Assembly: GCA_964342695.1 (NCBI GenBank) | Contig: CAYFFV010000009.1 | Location: forward strand, 12,347 to 76,346 | Source: an uncultured Vicinamibacteraceae bacterium | Lineage (GTDB): Bacteria > Acidobacteriota > Vicinamibacteria > Vicinamibacterales > UBA8438 | Length of the DNA: 64,000 nucleotides | Direction of reading: 5' to 3' | Part shown: positions 46,369 through 55,773 of the stretch, piece after piece | Numbering within the stretch: the first letter of the stretch is position 1 | Layout of the letters: every line of letters begins with the position of its first letter | Notes under the pieces: model-generated | Databases searched by the model: none | What the model was told of the DNA's origin: nothing | What the model saw: only the letters and a program-made list of their open reading frames with translations | Translations under genes and position numbers: made by a program

Positions 46369-47559
46369 TCATCCTTGTGCGACTCCAGCCTCAAAGTCAC
46401 TATCTGTCCGCACGATTGTTGCCAGTTGAGCGGCTAAAATGACCATTGTGGCTTGGATGCTTTCATCTGTTTCTCTGCCGTCTCTAATCTCTGCGGAGAT
46501 GATTCCGACACAACTTGACGGTGTTAGAAGTGGAGCAACCAAGGAACCAAGTGATGTTTCATCACAAGGAACAATTTGCAACTCTTCGCTACGGAATGCT
46601 TCAGTGGCTGCATTTTCACTATTGCACGATACAGCGCCTATTTCTTCAAGAGACTTTCTTGAATAACCGTGTGCTATTGCTGGTCGTAGTCTGTTTCCAC
46701 CGACATCGCTTACCCAAACTATGAAACTGGAAGCACTAACGAGGCGGGCACAGAGCGAGAGAATTTCTTCTAGAGTAGATACATCCGCTACGCGACCGAT
46801 ATTGGTACAGAGCTCAGCGACATCATTAAGTTCACTTGTCTGGGCAGCGTCTAAAATAATTTCAGGTTTTGAATCCTGAGCCTTTTCCGCCACAGACATT
46901 GTTGTGATTATTCGATTCTCACTTGTTATCAAAGCATTCTCTGCGGCGGGTGCTTGTTTGTGGTTTCGGTATTTCACGGGCAATAGCAAGAAAGAGACAA
47001 GTAATACCGTGCCCAAACCGAGCCCCAATGAAAAGAGTTGGTTTTCTTTACTCTTTTGCCTGCGAAGCTCGTAAGTTGTTCTCTCGGCTTTCCTGGCATC
47101 GACCAAATAATTGATTGCCTCTTTAGTCAGTTCAAGGCCGTCAGTGAAAATTAAATCTGATGCCATTAGGGTTTGTTCTGCTGAGATATGTTCGAGGGTC
47201 AGGGTGTCAACGTCTTCGATCTGTTCCACGATTGCTGCGGCCTTGTCGAGTGCGATCGTGGCCTGGGTTGTACTCGCGATGCTTCGTAAGAAAATAAAAT
47301 CTTCATTAATTCTTATTAAGCCACCAGAAACCTTTTCGACCCAGTAACCAATATCCTGTCCAGTTGCCACGTACGCTTGTTGCGCAGCCATTAGCTCAGA
47401 GAGAGAACCCGTTGTAACCCAAGATTGTGCTAAAAAGGAATACTCAGATTCGCGTTGTGTGTCTATCTGTTGTTGTGTCTGGAAAAGATTGAAGGCTGAT
47501 GCGGTGATCACCATCAGCATAATCATGATGACGGTGACTCTCACCACGCGTCGATGCAT
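46369..47559 (-). CDS. Membrane sensor-like protein: TM, periplasmic helical domain, TM, cytoplasmic GAF-like domain, no output domain
   Basis: Two hydrophobic helices (residues about 8-25 and 175-195). The C-terminal 150 aa or so follow a GAF-like pattern (ILSLCARLVSASSFIVWVSDVGGNRLRPAIAHGY...LVAPLLTPSSCVGIISAEI...LAAQLATIV). Confidence 0.5.
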   Translation of the reverse strand: MHRRVVRVTVIMIMLMVITASAFNLFQTQQQIDTQRESEYSFLAQSWVTTGSLSELMAAQQAYVATGQDIGYWVEKVSGGLIRINEDFIFLRSIASTTQATIALDKAAAIVEQIEDVDTLTLEHISAEQTLMASDLIFTDGLELTKEAINYLVDARKAERTTYELRRQKSKENQLFSLGLGLGTVLLVSFLLLPVKYRNHKQAPAAENALITSENRIITTMSVAEKAQDSKPEIILDAAQTSELNDVAELCTNIGRVADVSTLEEILSLCARLVSASSFIVWVSDVGGNRLRPAIAHGYSRKSLEEIGAVSCNSENAATEAFRSEELQIVPCDETSLGSLVAPLLTPSSCVGIISAEIRDGRETDESIQATMVILAAQLATIVRTDSDFEAGVAQG

Positions 47560-47682
47560 ATGGTGCTTACTATACCACTCTATATAGTGTGAATATAAAT
47601 TTTAGGTCGACTAGGTGGTGCTTTTTACTATTTAAATGGATATTTTGTCTGAATTTTCTAGAATTCGATGGGTGCCCGCGAT

Positions 47683-49422
47683 TTATTCTGGGCGCAGTAT
47701 TGCGTAAGTGGGGAGACCAATTCCTTGAAAGTGGGCCATGATTTCGCTAGCGGGCGATATACTGGGATCTTCAGCTTGGAATTTTACTTTCACGTAATTA
47801 TCTAGTCTTGTTTGGACATTTTCATTTTTTAGAGTCGTTTGGTCCATCGTTAGACAATTTTTACACCAGGTAGCCCAAACATCTACCAAAATAAGTTTGT
47901 TCTCTTCGCGTGCTTCTTCTAGGGCTGCACTTAAAGAAGAATGCCAGCCTTCTTCGAGCATTTCCTGAACACTGCTTGCAACTTCATCCGGGTTGACCCA
48001 ACGTTGACTGAAAAGTCCGTAAGCTAATGATCCGTAATAGATTGCAGTGCCAAGGATAAAAACACCAAATGCTTGTTTAACCCGGACCATCCATGCACCC
48101 GGTCTTGGCATAATTGATAGTCCAGCACCAGCGAGAGGCCACGGAATTGCCATACCTAAGCCCAAGAGGAAGGGTAAGCCAAGTGCAACAACGTTACCAG
48201 AGAGATACAGGCTGCTTGAAAAAAGAATAACTTGGATAACCACAGGCGCTACACATGCACCTGCTAACAAGGCTGCGATAGTGCCCATACCAAAAGCTAA
48301 GAAAAATGATCCTGTGTTTGAAGAATTACCGGATTTAAAAAACCTTTGGTACGAAGAGAAGTCAATATTGACGATATCAAACATTGCTAATGCAAGCACT
48401 ATAAACACGACTGCTATACCTAGATTAAACCACGGCGAAGAGTTAATTGTCCCAAAAGTTCCCGCAGTCAGAATGACCACTAAGCCAAGGAGACCGTAAA
48501 CAATGGCCATAGCTAGACCATAAGCACTACCTAAAGCAAACCCGCGTTTCCGCGAACCTGCTTGAGTCCCTGCACCGATTATTGCTAAGTTGATTGGTAT
48601 CAATGGAAGAACACACGGTGTAAGGTTCAGCGCTAAACCACCCAAAAGAACTAACAGCACGATCATGAATGGACCCTGACCTTCAAACCATCCTTTTTCC
48701 TGCCGACCAGATTCTGACTGATCAATAAAATTGAGAAAGTCGGTTGTGTTTAGATATCCGCCTGTCGTTCCCAGCAAACTAAACTCACTGAGTTGTGTTT
48801 GAATGTTAGTAACCACTGATTTGGGTACATTTGTGTGAGCATTTTCCCGAAGAATGTTGGGTGCTGGTGGTGAAGCGTTTTCGAAGTCAAGACCTGAAAA
48901 TATTTCAGCGTGTTCAGGAATAATCTCGTTTATTCCACCACGCACATTAACGATAAGTTCGAATCCTTTTGACGAGGGCAAATAACACATGGTCGCATCA
49001 CACGCTTGGTAACGAAGAATGCCCGGTACAACGTATGAGCCATCAGAGAGTTGAGGATCTAATGAAAGTGCTATTCCTACGGCAAATTCTTCTTCGAAGA
49101 CTGCGAGAGGGTTCTCGGCACCTTGTTGCTCTAACATCACTGGTTGCGGCCAGGCGAACCGGGAAATCTTGATTCCATCAGGTGCTTCTAACGTTAAACC
49201 TGTTGGAATTAAAAAATCTTCTAAAGGTTGGTTGGAATTAACATGGAAACCTGGAGACAATTGAGCTTCTATCGCAACACGAAAGATTGAGCCAGGATTC
49301 CCGCTTTCGGTTTGATAAACAGGGCGAAGAGTGATTTCACTAGGTCCCGATTGACCAAGCAAGATCGTTGAAGCAACTCCCGTTATCAAAGTTCCAATTA
49401 AGAGGTTTCGCAGGGTTTCCAT
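47683..49422 (-). CDS. dsbD: Thiol:disulfide interchange protein DsbD
   Basis: Signal peptide, an N-terminal periplasmic domain with a Cys pair (YQACDATMCYLP), a TM core with LTPCVLPLIP, and a C-terminal thioredoxin fold WATWCKNC. Confidence 0.85.
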   Translation of the reverse strand: METLRNLLIGTLITGVASTILLGQSGPSEITLRPVYQTESGNPGSIFRVAIEAQLSPGFHVNSNQPLEDFLIPTGLTLEAPDGIKISRFAWPQPVMLEQQGAENPLAVFEEEFAVGIALSLDPQLSDGSYVVPGILRYQACDATMCYLPSSKGFELIVNVRGGINEIIPEHAEIFSGLDFENASPPAPNILRENAHTNVPKSVVTNIQTQLSEFSLLGTTGGYLNTTDFLNFIDQSESGRQEKGWFEGQGPFMIVLLVLLGGLALNLTPCVLPLIPINLAIIGAGTQAGSRKRGFALGSAYGLAMAIVYGLLGLVVILTAGTFGTINSSPWFNLGIAVVFIVLALAMFDIVNIDFSSYQRFFKSGNSSNTGSFFLAFGMGTIAALLAGACVAPVVIQVILFSSSLYLSGNVVALGLPFLLGLGMAIPWPLAGAGLSIMPRPGAWMVRVKQAFGVFILGTAIYYGSLAYGLFSQRWVNPDEVASSVQEMLEEGWHSSLSAALEEAREENKLILVDVWATWCKNCLTMDQTTLKNENVQTRLDNYVKVKFQAEDPSISPASEIMAHFQGIGLPTYAILRPE

Positions 49423-49445
49423 GGCAGTCTTAGTTTTTGTTAAAT

Positions 49446-50660
49446 CTACTCATTTCGAAACACTTTAGTAAAGGCTTTGATTGATTTGAAATGATGATTT
49501 AGCTTCTCCAACGTGTCTAGGAATACAATGCGGAAATACCCTTCAGATGGATCTGCTCCAAATCCAGATCCATAGACACACAAAATACCTGTTTCTTGAA
49601 GAAGTCCGCGGACAAAATCTTGGTCTGTCTTACCGGGCGGTAATTCGACTTTCGGTAGTGCGTAAAAAGCTGCTTTCGGGGCAATACAACTAACACCTTC
49701 TATTTCATTTAATCGCTGGCTCGTTAAGTTCGCGCGTTCTCTTAGTTGATTGCGAAATTCATCTTGATAGCTTCGGTCTCCATCTAAAGCTGCAGGTACA
49801 GCGTGTTGCATAGGACCATTGGTACAAAGGCGTCCGTCGGCTAGTCTCTTTACGGCGGCAAGAACTTTATTAAGTCGTTTCCCAGTTGCAACGACCATCC
49901 ATCCGGTTCTCCACCCTGGAGCCACATAAGCCTTTGAAGCAGATGAAAAAGAAATTACAGGCGCTTCTGGATTAAGTGAACCAATAGGTTGCACTGGGCC
50001 ATCATATACAAGGTCCGTATAGGCCTCATCTGACAACAACACAATATTGTTTTCATCAGCGATCTTGAGGAGTTCCATACGAGTTTCTGTTTGATATACA
50101 GCCCCCGTAGGATTATTTGGGTCAATAACTACTAGCGCTTTTGTTCGAGGGTTTAAAAGTTGTTTTAACTGATCTAAATCTGGCTCCCAATTATTTGAAG
50201 GATCCGTTGGGTAATATACTGCTCGTGCACCCAGCTTGTTGAGCACTGCCGTATAGAACGGATAGGTTGGAAGTGGAACGAGCACTTCGTCACCGTGGTC
50301 AACGATGACACTGATTGCCAGTTCGATTCCTTCTGAAGTTCCAGAAGTTAAAATAACCCGGTCGGGTGACATGTCGAATCCTCGGGACGTGTATTCAGCG
50401 GCCACTGCTTCCCGAGCTGACATAATTCCAGAAGCATGAGTGTAGCCGTTATGTCCGTCTTTCATGGCTCGTATTACGGCTTCTACTAGGTGCGGAGGTG
50501 TTTTGAAACCAAAAAGGACAGGATCTCCAATGTTTAAATAATGCACTTCCCGCCCGCTTCGCTCGACAGCTTGTGCCTCGGCGACGATATTTCGAATCGC
50601 ATAGTCAAAGCCTTCCAAGCGGCTAGCTACTTCAATTGGAGCAGCAGACGATTGTTTCAT
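49446..50660 (-). CDS. PLP-dependent aminotransferase class I/II (collinear with AlaA-type alanine aminotransferases)
   Basis: YLNIGDPVLFGF, IDPNNPTGAVY, and the PLP-lysine motif SSASKAYVAPGWRTGW. 404 aa. Confidence 0.88.
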   Translation of the reverse strand: MKQSSAAPIEVASRLEGFDYAIRNIVAEAQAVERSGREVHYLNIGDPVLFGFKTPPHLVEAVIRAMKDGHNGYTHASGIMSAREAVAAEYTSRGFDMSPDRVILTSGTSEGIELAISVIVDHGDEVLVPLPTYPFYTAVLNKLGARAVYYPTDPSNNWEPDLDQLKQLLNPRTKALVVIDPNNPTGAVYQTETRMELLKIADENNIVLLSDEAYTDLVYDGPVQPIGSLNPEAPVISFSSASKAYVAPGWRTGWMVVATGKRLNKVLAAVKRLADGRLCTNGPMQHAVPAALDGDRSYQDEFRNQLRERANLTSQRLNEIEGVSCIAPKAAFYALPKVELPPGKTDQDFVRGLLQETGILCVYGSGFGADPSEGYFRIVFLDTLEKLNHHFKSIKAFTKVFRNE

Positions 50661-50795
50661 ATAAGTGATTCTATCGGATATTTTAAAAGCTCTTTTATAA
50701 AGAGGGCCACTGCCCGATACTTTCCTAAGATTTTATACTATCGCCAATGATGTCTCTTTTGTGACAGAGTCTCCAAGTTGAGGTAAGCTGAACAG

Positions 50796-51179
50796 ATGGC
50801 AATTCGAACAGAACTTTCTCTTAGATTAAAGAATAGCCCTGGTGAAGTAGGCCAACTATGTAAACACTTGTTGGATGAACGTATCAATATCTTTGCTTTA
50901 AACTTGGAAGCCGGCGGGATACTTCGTTTAATTGCGGACAATCCTTTAAATGCAGTCGAAACACTTAGAAATAAACAATATTCTGTCACTGAACGAGAAG
51001 TTTTGTTTGTTCAGCTTCCCAACAACCCCGGAGCACTACAGAACATTACAGACACACTCTTTAAGTCGGGGGTCAACATCGATTATCTCTATGGCTCGGC
51101 CCTTGAAGATCATTCCCTGGTTGTCCTCATTGTTGCTGTGGAAGACGTCCAACGGGTTGCCATGGCTGTGGGGATATAG
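50796..51179 (+). CDS. ACT domain-containing protein (tandem small ACT)
   Basis: Two beta-alpha-beta-beta-alpha-beta-like halves (LRLKNSPGEVGQLCKHLLDERINIFAL; VQLPNNPGALQNITDTLFKSGVNIDYL). Confidence 0.65.
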   Translation: MAIRTELSLRLKNSPGEVGQLCKHLLDERINIFALNLEAGGILRLIADNPLNAVETLRNKQYSVTEREVLFVQLPNNPGALQNITDTLFKSGVNIDYLYGSALEDHSLVVLIVAVEDVQRVAMAVGI

Positions 51180-51211
51180 TTCAAAAAATAACGGGGTTTC
51201 AAAAAGAATAT

Positions 51212-51394
51212 ATGCGTTTATACATTGATCCTATGAACGAGGTATTAGTTGAGTGTGATGCTAATGGTCGAATTCGTCTTGATGGCGAGGACTGGACTTC
51301 TCCTAGCCTTCAAGAAAAAAGAGCGATCCTTTTTGCTGCGGAAAACGAAATTCAGGAACTGAAAGAATTAATAACTGTTCTGGAAAAACTATGA
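51212..51394 (+). CDS. Hypothetical 60-aa protein
   Basis: An open frame only. It follows the ACT gene on the same strand. I recognised no family. Confidence 0.3.
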   Translation: MRLYIDPMNEVLVECDANGRIRLDGEDWTSPSLQEKRAILFAAENEIQELKELITVLEKL

Positions 51395-51424
51395 GGTAAG
51401 TTGCCTAATTATTCTGCGGCTTAT

Positions 51425-52102
51425 TCACTGCAGCTTCCCAACGGTTACACTGGCGGGACGTAAAATTTTTTTGCCAATAAGATAGCCTGTTTTCACGGTT
51501 TCGATAACGATGTTGTCCTTTTTAGACTCAGAGGTCTGAATAACAGAGACTGCATCGTGATAATTGGGGTCGAAAACGCTACCAGTCGTGTCCATTTGAC
51601 ATACACCGTGGGTTGTCAATGTTTTTAAACATTGACGGCGGACCAGTTCTATTCCTCGTCCCAGATTTTTATCAGTGGATTGGCCATTACTTGATTCGAG
51701 GGCGCGGTCAAGGTTGTCCACAACTTCTAGAAATGCAATGAGAACCCCGCGGATTTCTTTTTCAGCGTCTTTTTTAATCTCTCGTTTCATTCGTGTGCGA
51801 ACATTTTCAAATTCTTCCGTGATTTGCTTATGTTTAACTAAGATGTTTTTGATCTCTTCATCTTTATTGATAATTTGTTTTTCAAGTTTTTCAATATAGG
51901 TAGGTTTGTTTGACTGAGATTTTTCTTTAATGTCTTCTTTTGATCTTACCCACCAACGTTTATCCACTACCCGGACATTTTCAGACTTCCCCGTATCGTC
52001 GGTTTTACTGTCGGAATCAGTAACTGAATTGTTCCCTTGATTCTTTATAAATACCTTGGAATCAGGTTTTTTCAAATTACTCACTGGCTGTGTTCTCAAC
52101 AC
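51425..52102 (-). CDS. grpE: Nucleotide exchange factor GrpE (with a K/D/S-rich N-terminal extension)
   Basis: EEFENVRTRMKRE...LIAFLEVVDNLDRAL, and a C-terminal beta domain FDPNYHDAVSVI...TVKTGYLIGKKILRPASVTV. Confidence 0.85.
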   Translation of the reverse strand: MLRTQPVSNLKKPDSKVFIKNQGNNSVTDSDSKTDDTGKSENVRVVDKRWWVRSKEDIKEKSQSNKPTYIEKLEKQIINKDEEIKNILVKHKQITEEFENVRTRMKREIKKDAEKEIRGVLIAFLEVVDNLDRALESSNGQSTDKNLGRGIELVRRQCLKTLTTHGVCQMDTTGSVFDPNYHDAVSVIQTSESKKDNIVIETVKTGYLIGKKILRPASVTVGKLQ

Positions 52103-54413
52103 TCTGGCCGACAGTTTCTTGACTAGAACTCGTATTAGCGTCGTAATCGAAAATCAAAGAGTTTTTACGAAGTCCTATATGTACGGTTCCTCCGTGTTCT
52201 AGTCGACCAAATAAAATTTCGTCTGTCAGAGGATTTCTCAAATGGATCTGGACTAGACGCGCTAAGGGACGCGCACCATATCTTATGTCCCTCCCTTTTT
52301 TTGCAAGCCAACGTCTGGCGGCTGGAGCAAGGGTAATGGCAATCTTTCGTTCGGCTAATTGGGTCTCTAGTTGCAACGAAAATTTTTCAACAATCATCTC
52401 CATAGTTTCTGTCGATAGGTTTTGGAACGAAATAATTGAATCGAGGCGATTTCTAAACTCTGGACTAAATATGCGATTTATTGCTGACTTCATTTTTCCG
52501 TTTTTCACTATGGACACGCCATCCCCAAAACCAACGACAGGTTCTCCAGCTTCACGAGATCCGGCGTTCGATGTCATAATAATAATCACGTGCCGGAAGT
52601 CAGCATGTCGCCCCATGTTATCTGTAAGTTTGGCGTGATCCATTACTTGGAGCAAAATGTTACAAACGTCTGGATGAGCTTTTTCAATTTCGTCGAGAAG
52701 CACAACGCTGTAAGGATTTGCTCGCACGGCATCAACAAGCATTCCGCCTTGTTCAAAGCCTACATATCCGGGCGGTGCACCGATTAATCTAGCTACGGCA
52801 TGTTTTTCCATGTACTCACTCATGTCGTACCGAATAAACTCATTTCCAAGGTGAAGGGCTAATTGTTTGGCGAGTTCTGTTTTTCCTACGCCAGTTGGTC
52901 CGGTAAATAAAAATGACCCGGTAGGTCGGTCTAATCGTCCAAGTCCGGCGCGGGCTCGTTTTATTGCTGTTACCACAGACCGAACTGCTTCATTTTGACC
53001 GAAGACTACTCTTTCGAGGCTTTCTTCCAAAGAACGAAGACGTTCTTTATCTGACGAAGAAGTCTGTTTTTCTGGAATGCGTGCCATTCTGGAGACGACC
53101 TTCTCAAGGTCCTTCACGCGCACCGTTTTGGCATCAGGCTCTTTAGGGTTACTTTCCTTCAGACCAAAAACTGCGCCCGCTTCGTCAATGACATCTATTG
53201 CACTATCAGGAAGTTTGGTTTCTCGTAAGTGTCTGTTGGCAAGTTTAGCTGCTGCGTCAATGGCTTGGTTGCTATATTCAATACCGTGGTGTTTTTCATA
53301 TCGTGAGCGAAGACCTTTTAAAATTTGCGTGGTTTCCTCAATAGATGGTTCCTCAATAACTATTTTTTGAAATCGTCGCCCTAGAGCTCGATCTTTTTCT
53401 ATTTGTTTAAACTCGTCGAAAGTTGTAGCACCCACGATACGAACTTCTTCCGCAGCCAAAGTGGGTTTGATAAGGGTGGCTAAGTCCATCGTTCCACCGG
53501 TGGTAGAACCTGTTCCAACGGACGCGTGAACTTCGTCGATAAAGAGGATGGGCATCGAGCGATTTTGAAGTTCAGAAATTACTGTTTTGAATCTTTCTTC
53601 AAAGTCACCGCGGAACCGTGTTCCGGCTAGAAGCGCGGCCGTATCCAGCGAAAAAACTTCGGCTCCTCGCAACCGTTCAGGAACATCTTTAGACGCCAAA
53701 TAAGCGGCCAGTCCTTCAGCTAACGCCGTTTTTCCTACCCCTGCATCTCCTACAAAGATGGGATTATTTTTTCTGCGGCGGCACAAAATCTCTATGGTTC
53801 GCTGGAGTTCAGAAACGCGGCCAATGAGTGGATCGAGTTTTTCGTTAAGAGCACATTCCGAAAGGTTCGTTGTGTATGATGCGAGTGGATCTCGCGTGGG
53901 ATCAGATGTCTCATATTCGTCGTCTGTGTAGGGTAACTTTTCAGGATTTGATGTTTCAGTACTATCGCTGTTTACTATTGGAACCTTTGAAATTCCGTGA
54001 GATATGTAGTTTAGGATGTCCAGACGTGTGATTGTCTGCCTCACTAAGAGTTGAGCCGCATGGGATTTAGGTTGTTGAAGAATGGCAGCTAAGATGTCTC
54101 CAGCTCGCACCTCGTCTTTTCCCGCACTTTGCACATGAAGCACCGCAGTTTGAAGAACTCGACGAAATCCTAAAGTCTGGGCAGGTTCTGTTGTGGGTTC
54201 GTCGTTTGAAAAAGTTTCAAGATCTTTCAGACACTTATCTAGCGCATGTCGTAACAATGAAGGATCACCACCACATGCAACTAAGATTCGTTCTCCTTCA
54301 GGGTCATGAGCGAGGGCATAGAGAAGGTGTTCTAATGTTAAATATGTATGTCTACGAGCTGAGGATTCTCGGTACGCAACATTAAGAATCAATTCAAGTG
54401 ATGCGCTGAACAT
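52077..54413 (-). CDS. clpA: ATP-dependent Clp protease ATP-binding subunit ClpA
   Basis: Clp_N repeats and two AAA+ modules (GDAGVGKTALAEG; GPTGVGKTELAKQL). It lies directly after clpS. Start taken as ATG 54413 (MFSASLELILN), giving the arrangement TGA-N-ATG with the clpS stop. Confidence 0.93.
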   Translation of the reverse strand: MFSASLELILNVAYRESSARRHTYLTLEHLLYALAHDPEGERILVACGGDPSLLRHALDKCLKDLETFSNDEPTTEPAQTLGFRRVLQTAVLHVQSAGKDEVRAGDILAAILQQPKSHAAQLLVRQTITRLDILNYISHGISKVPIVNSDSTETSNPEKLPYTDDEYETSDPTRDPLASYTTNLSECALNEKLDPLIGRVSELQRTIEILCRRRKNNPIFVGDAGVGKTALAEGLAAYLASKDVPERLRGAEVFSLDTAALLAGTRFRGDFEERFKTVISELQNRSMPILFIDEVHASVGTGSTTGGTMDLATLIKPTLAAEEVRIVGATTFDEFKQIEKDRALGRRFQKIVIEEPSIEETTQILKGLRSRYEKHHGIEYSNQAIDAAAKLANRHLRETKLPDSAIDVIDEAGAVFGLKESNPKEPDAKTVRVKDLEKVVSRMARIPEKQTSSSDKERLRSLEESLERVVFGQNEAVRSVVTAIKRARAGLGRLDRPTGSFLFTGPTGVGKTELAKQLALHLGNEFIRYDMSEYMEKHAVARLIGAPPGYVGFEQGGMLVDAVRANPYSVVLLDEIEKAHPDVCNILLQVMDHAKLTDNMGRHADFRHVIIIMTSNAGSREAGEPVVGFGDGVSIVKNGKMKSAINRIFSPEFRNRLDSIISFQNLSTETMEMIVEKFSLQLETQLAERKIAITLAPAARRWLAKKGRDIRYGARPLARLVQIHLRNPLTDEILFGRLEHGGTVHIGLRKNSLIFDYDANTSSSQETVGQSVENTASE

Positions 54414-54414
54414 A

Positions 54415-54732
54415 TCAACCTTCTTCCAGTTTTGCTTGCAGCGGAAAGCCTTCTTTTTGAGCGTTGTCGTACACCAGAGCAACTTTTGTTTCAGCAACTT
54501 CGTATGTATAGGCTCCGCATACCGCTTGGCCATCTGTATGGATTTTCATCATGAGGCGAAATGCTTCAGCAGGACTCTTTTGAAATAGTCCTTCGAGAAG
54601 ACTTGTCACAAATTCCATCGTTGTATAATCATCGTTCAATAGAATAACTTTATAAGTTTTTGGGGTTTTTGACTTTTCCTTCGCGCGTTCCTTAATGATA
54701 TCGCTAGTTTGTGCGGTTTCTCTTGTGTTCAT
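54415..54732 (-). CDS. clpS: ATP-dependent Clp protease adaptor ClpS
   Basis: YKVILLNDDYTTMEFVTSLLEGLF is the ClpS core. 105 aa. Confidence 0.92.
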   Translation of the reverse strand: MNTRETAQTSDIIKERAKEKSKTPKTYKVILLNDDYTTMEFVTSLLEGLFQKSPAEAFRLMMKIHTDGQAVCGAYTYEVAETKVALVYDNAQKEGFPLQAKLEEG

Positions 54733-54823
54733 ATCCAGTGGTCAGCGTAACGAGCCTTGTTTTCATTGGTCAAGTTCTTAAGCCATCAAAATTTTGACGG
54801 TCCATAGTAGACTTTAAAGTGAG

Positions 54824-55747
54824 ATGTATACAATTAGTAGCGGCTTACATTATATGGACCTCGGATTCCAGGGCCGTGCTCGGGTCATTGCCTCCGCGGT
54901 TGTGCAAAGCAATAGCGGTGTCGCCATAATCGATCCGGGTCCTTCCTCGTGCTTGGACGTTCTATTAGGGGAGCTGGATCAGCACGGAATTATGATTTCC
55001 GACATCCAAGCCCTCCTTTTGACTCATATTCATCTCGATCATGCTGGATCTACAGGCTCACTGATCAGGAAAAATCCTGAAATTAAGGTTTATGTTCATG
55101 AACGTGGTGCAGCCCATATGCTTGATCCGTCGAAGTTGTTGGCCAGCGCTTCGCGACTTTATGGGGAGGATATGGATCGACTTTGGGGAGAATTCCTCCC
55201 CGTTCCCCGTAACAATATATATAGCTTGTCGGGCGGAGAACGAATTAATGTGGCAGATAGAACATTTGAAGTCGAATACACACCAGGACATGCGTCTCAT
55301 CATGTTAGCTTCTTTGACCGATCTAGTCAGGTTGCCTTTGTAGGTGATACGGCTGGTGTTCGTACCGGAAGAGCTTTGTTTGTAATGCCGCCTACTCCAC
55401 CACCTGATATTGATGTGGAAGTGTGGCTTGAAAGCATTGAGCTAATACGAAAGTGGCGAGCGACCTCGCTATTCACTACCCATTTTGGATTGCACGAAGA
55501 TGCCGAAGCGCACTTAGATGCGCTTGTTGAGCACTTAATTGCGATTTCGGAGATCGCTAAGACTGTGATTATTGAGAGAGGAGACGCAGACCAGCAACTT
55601 AATAGTTTTACGAGACAGGCACGTGTATATCTCAGGAGCCGTCTGCCCGTCGAAGAGGCAGATCTCTATGATTTTGCTGCACCCTTGGCACTCGGTTGGT
55701 TTGGTCTGGCGCGCTACTGGCGAAAACGCAACATACAAGAGGCGTAA
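54824..55747 (+). CDS. MBL-fold metallo-hydrolase
   Basis: Metal motif LLTHIHLDHAGS and the downstream TPGHASHH. Confidence 0.8.
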   Translation: MYTISSGLHYMDLGFQGRARVIASAVVQSNSGVAIIDPGPSSCLDVLLGELDQHGIMISDIQALLLTHIHLDHAGSTGSLIRKNPEIKVYVHERGAAHMLDPSKLLASASRLYGEDMDRLWGEFLPVPRNNIYSLSGGERINVADRTFEVEYTPGHASHHVSFFDRSSQVAFVGDTAGVRTGRALFVMPPTPPPDIDVEVWLESIELIRKWRATSLFTTHFGLHEDAEAHLDALVEHLIAISEIAKTVIIERGDADQQLNSFTRQARVYLRSRLPVEEADLYDFAAPLALGWFGLARYWRKRNIQEA

Positions 55748-55773
55748 AGAAACCAAGTCAGGAAGTTGCTCTT

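Noticed and set aside
54414-54533. The 40-codon N-terminal extension of clpA overlapping clpS.
   Set aside because: Clp_N homology begins at MFSASLELILN (ATG 54413). The extension is just the alternative frame of the clpS 3' end.
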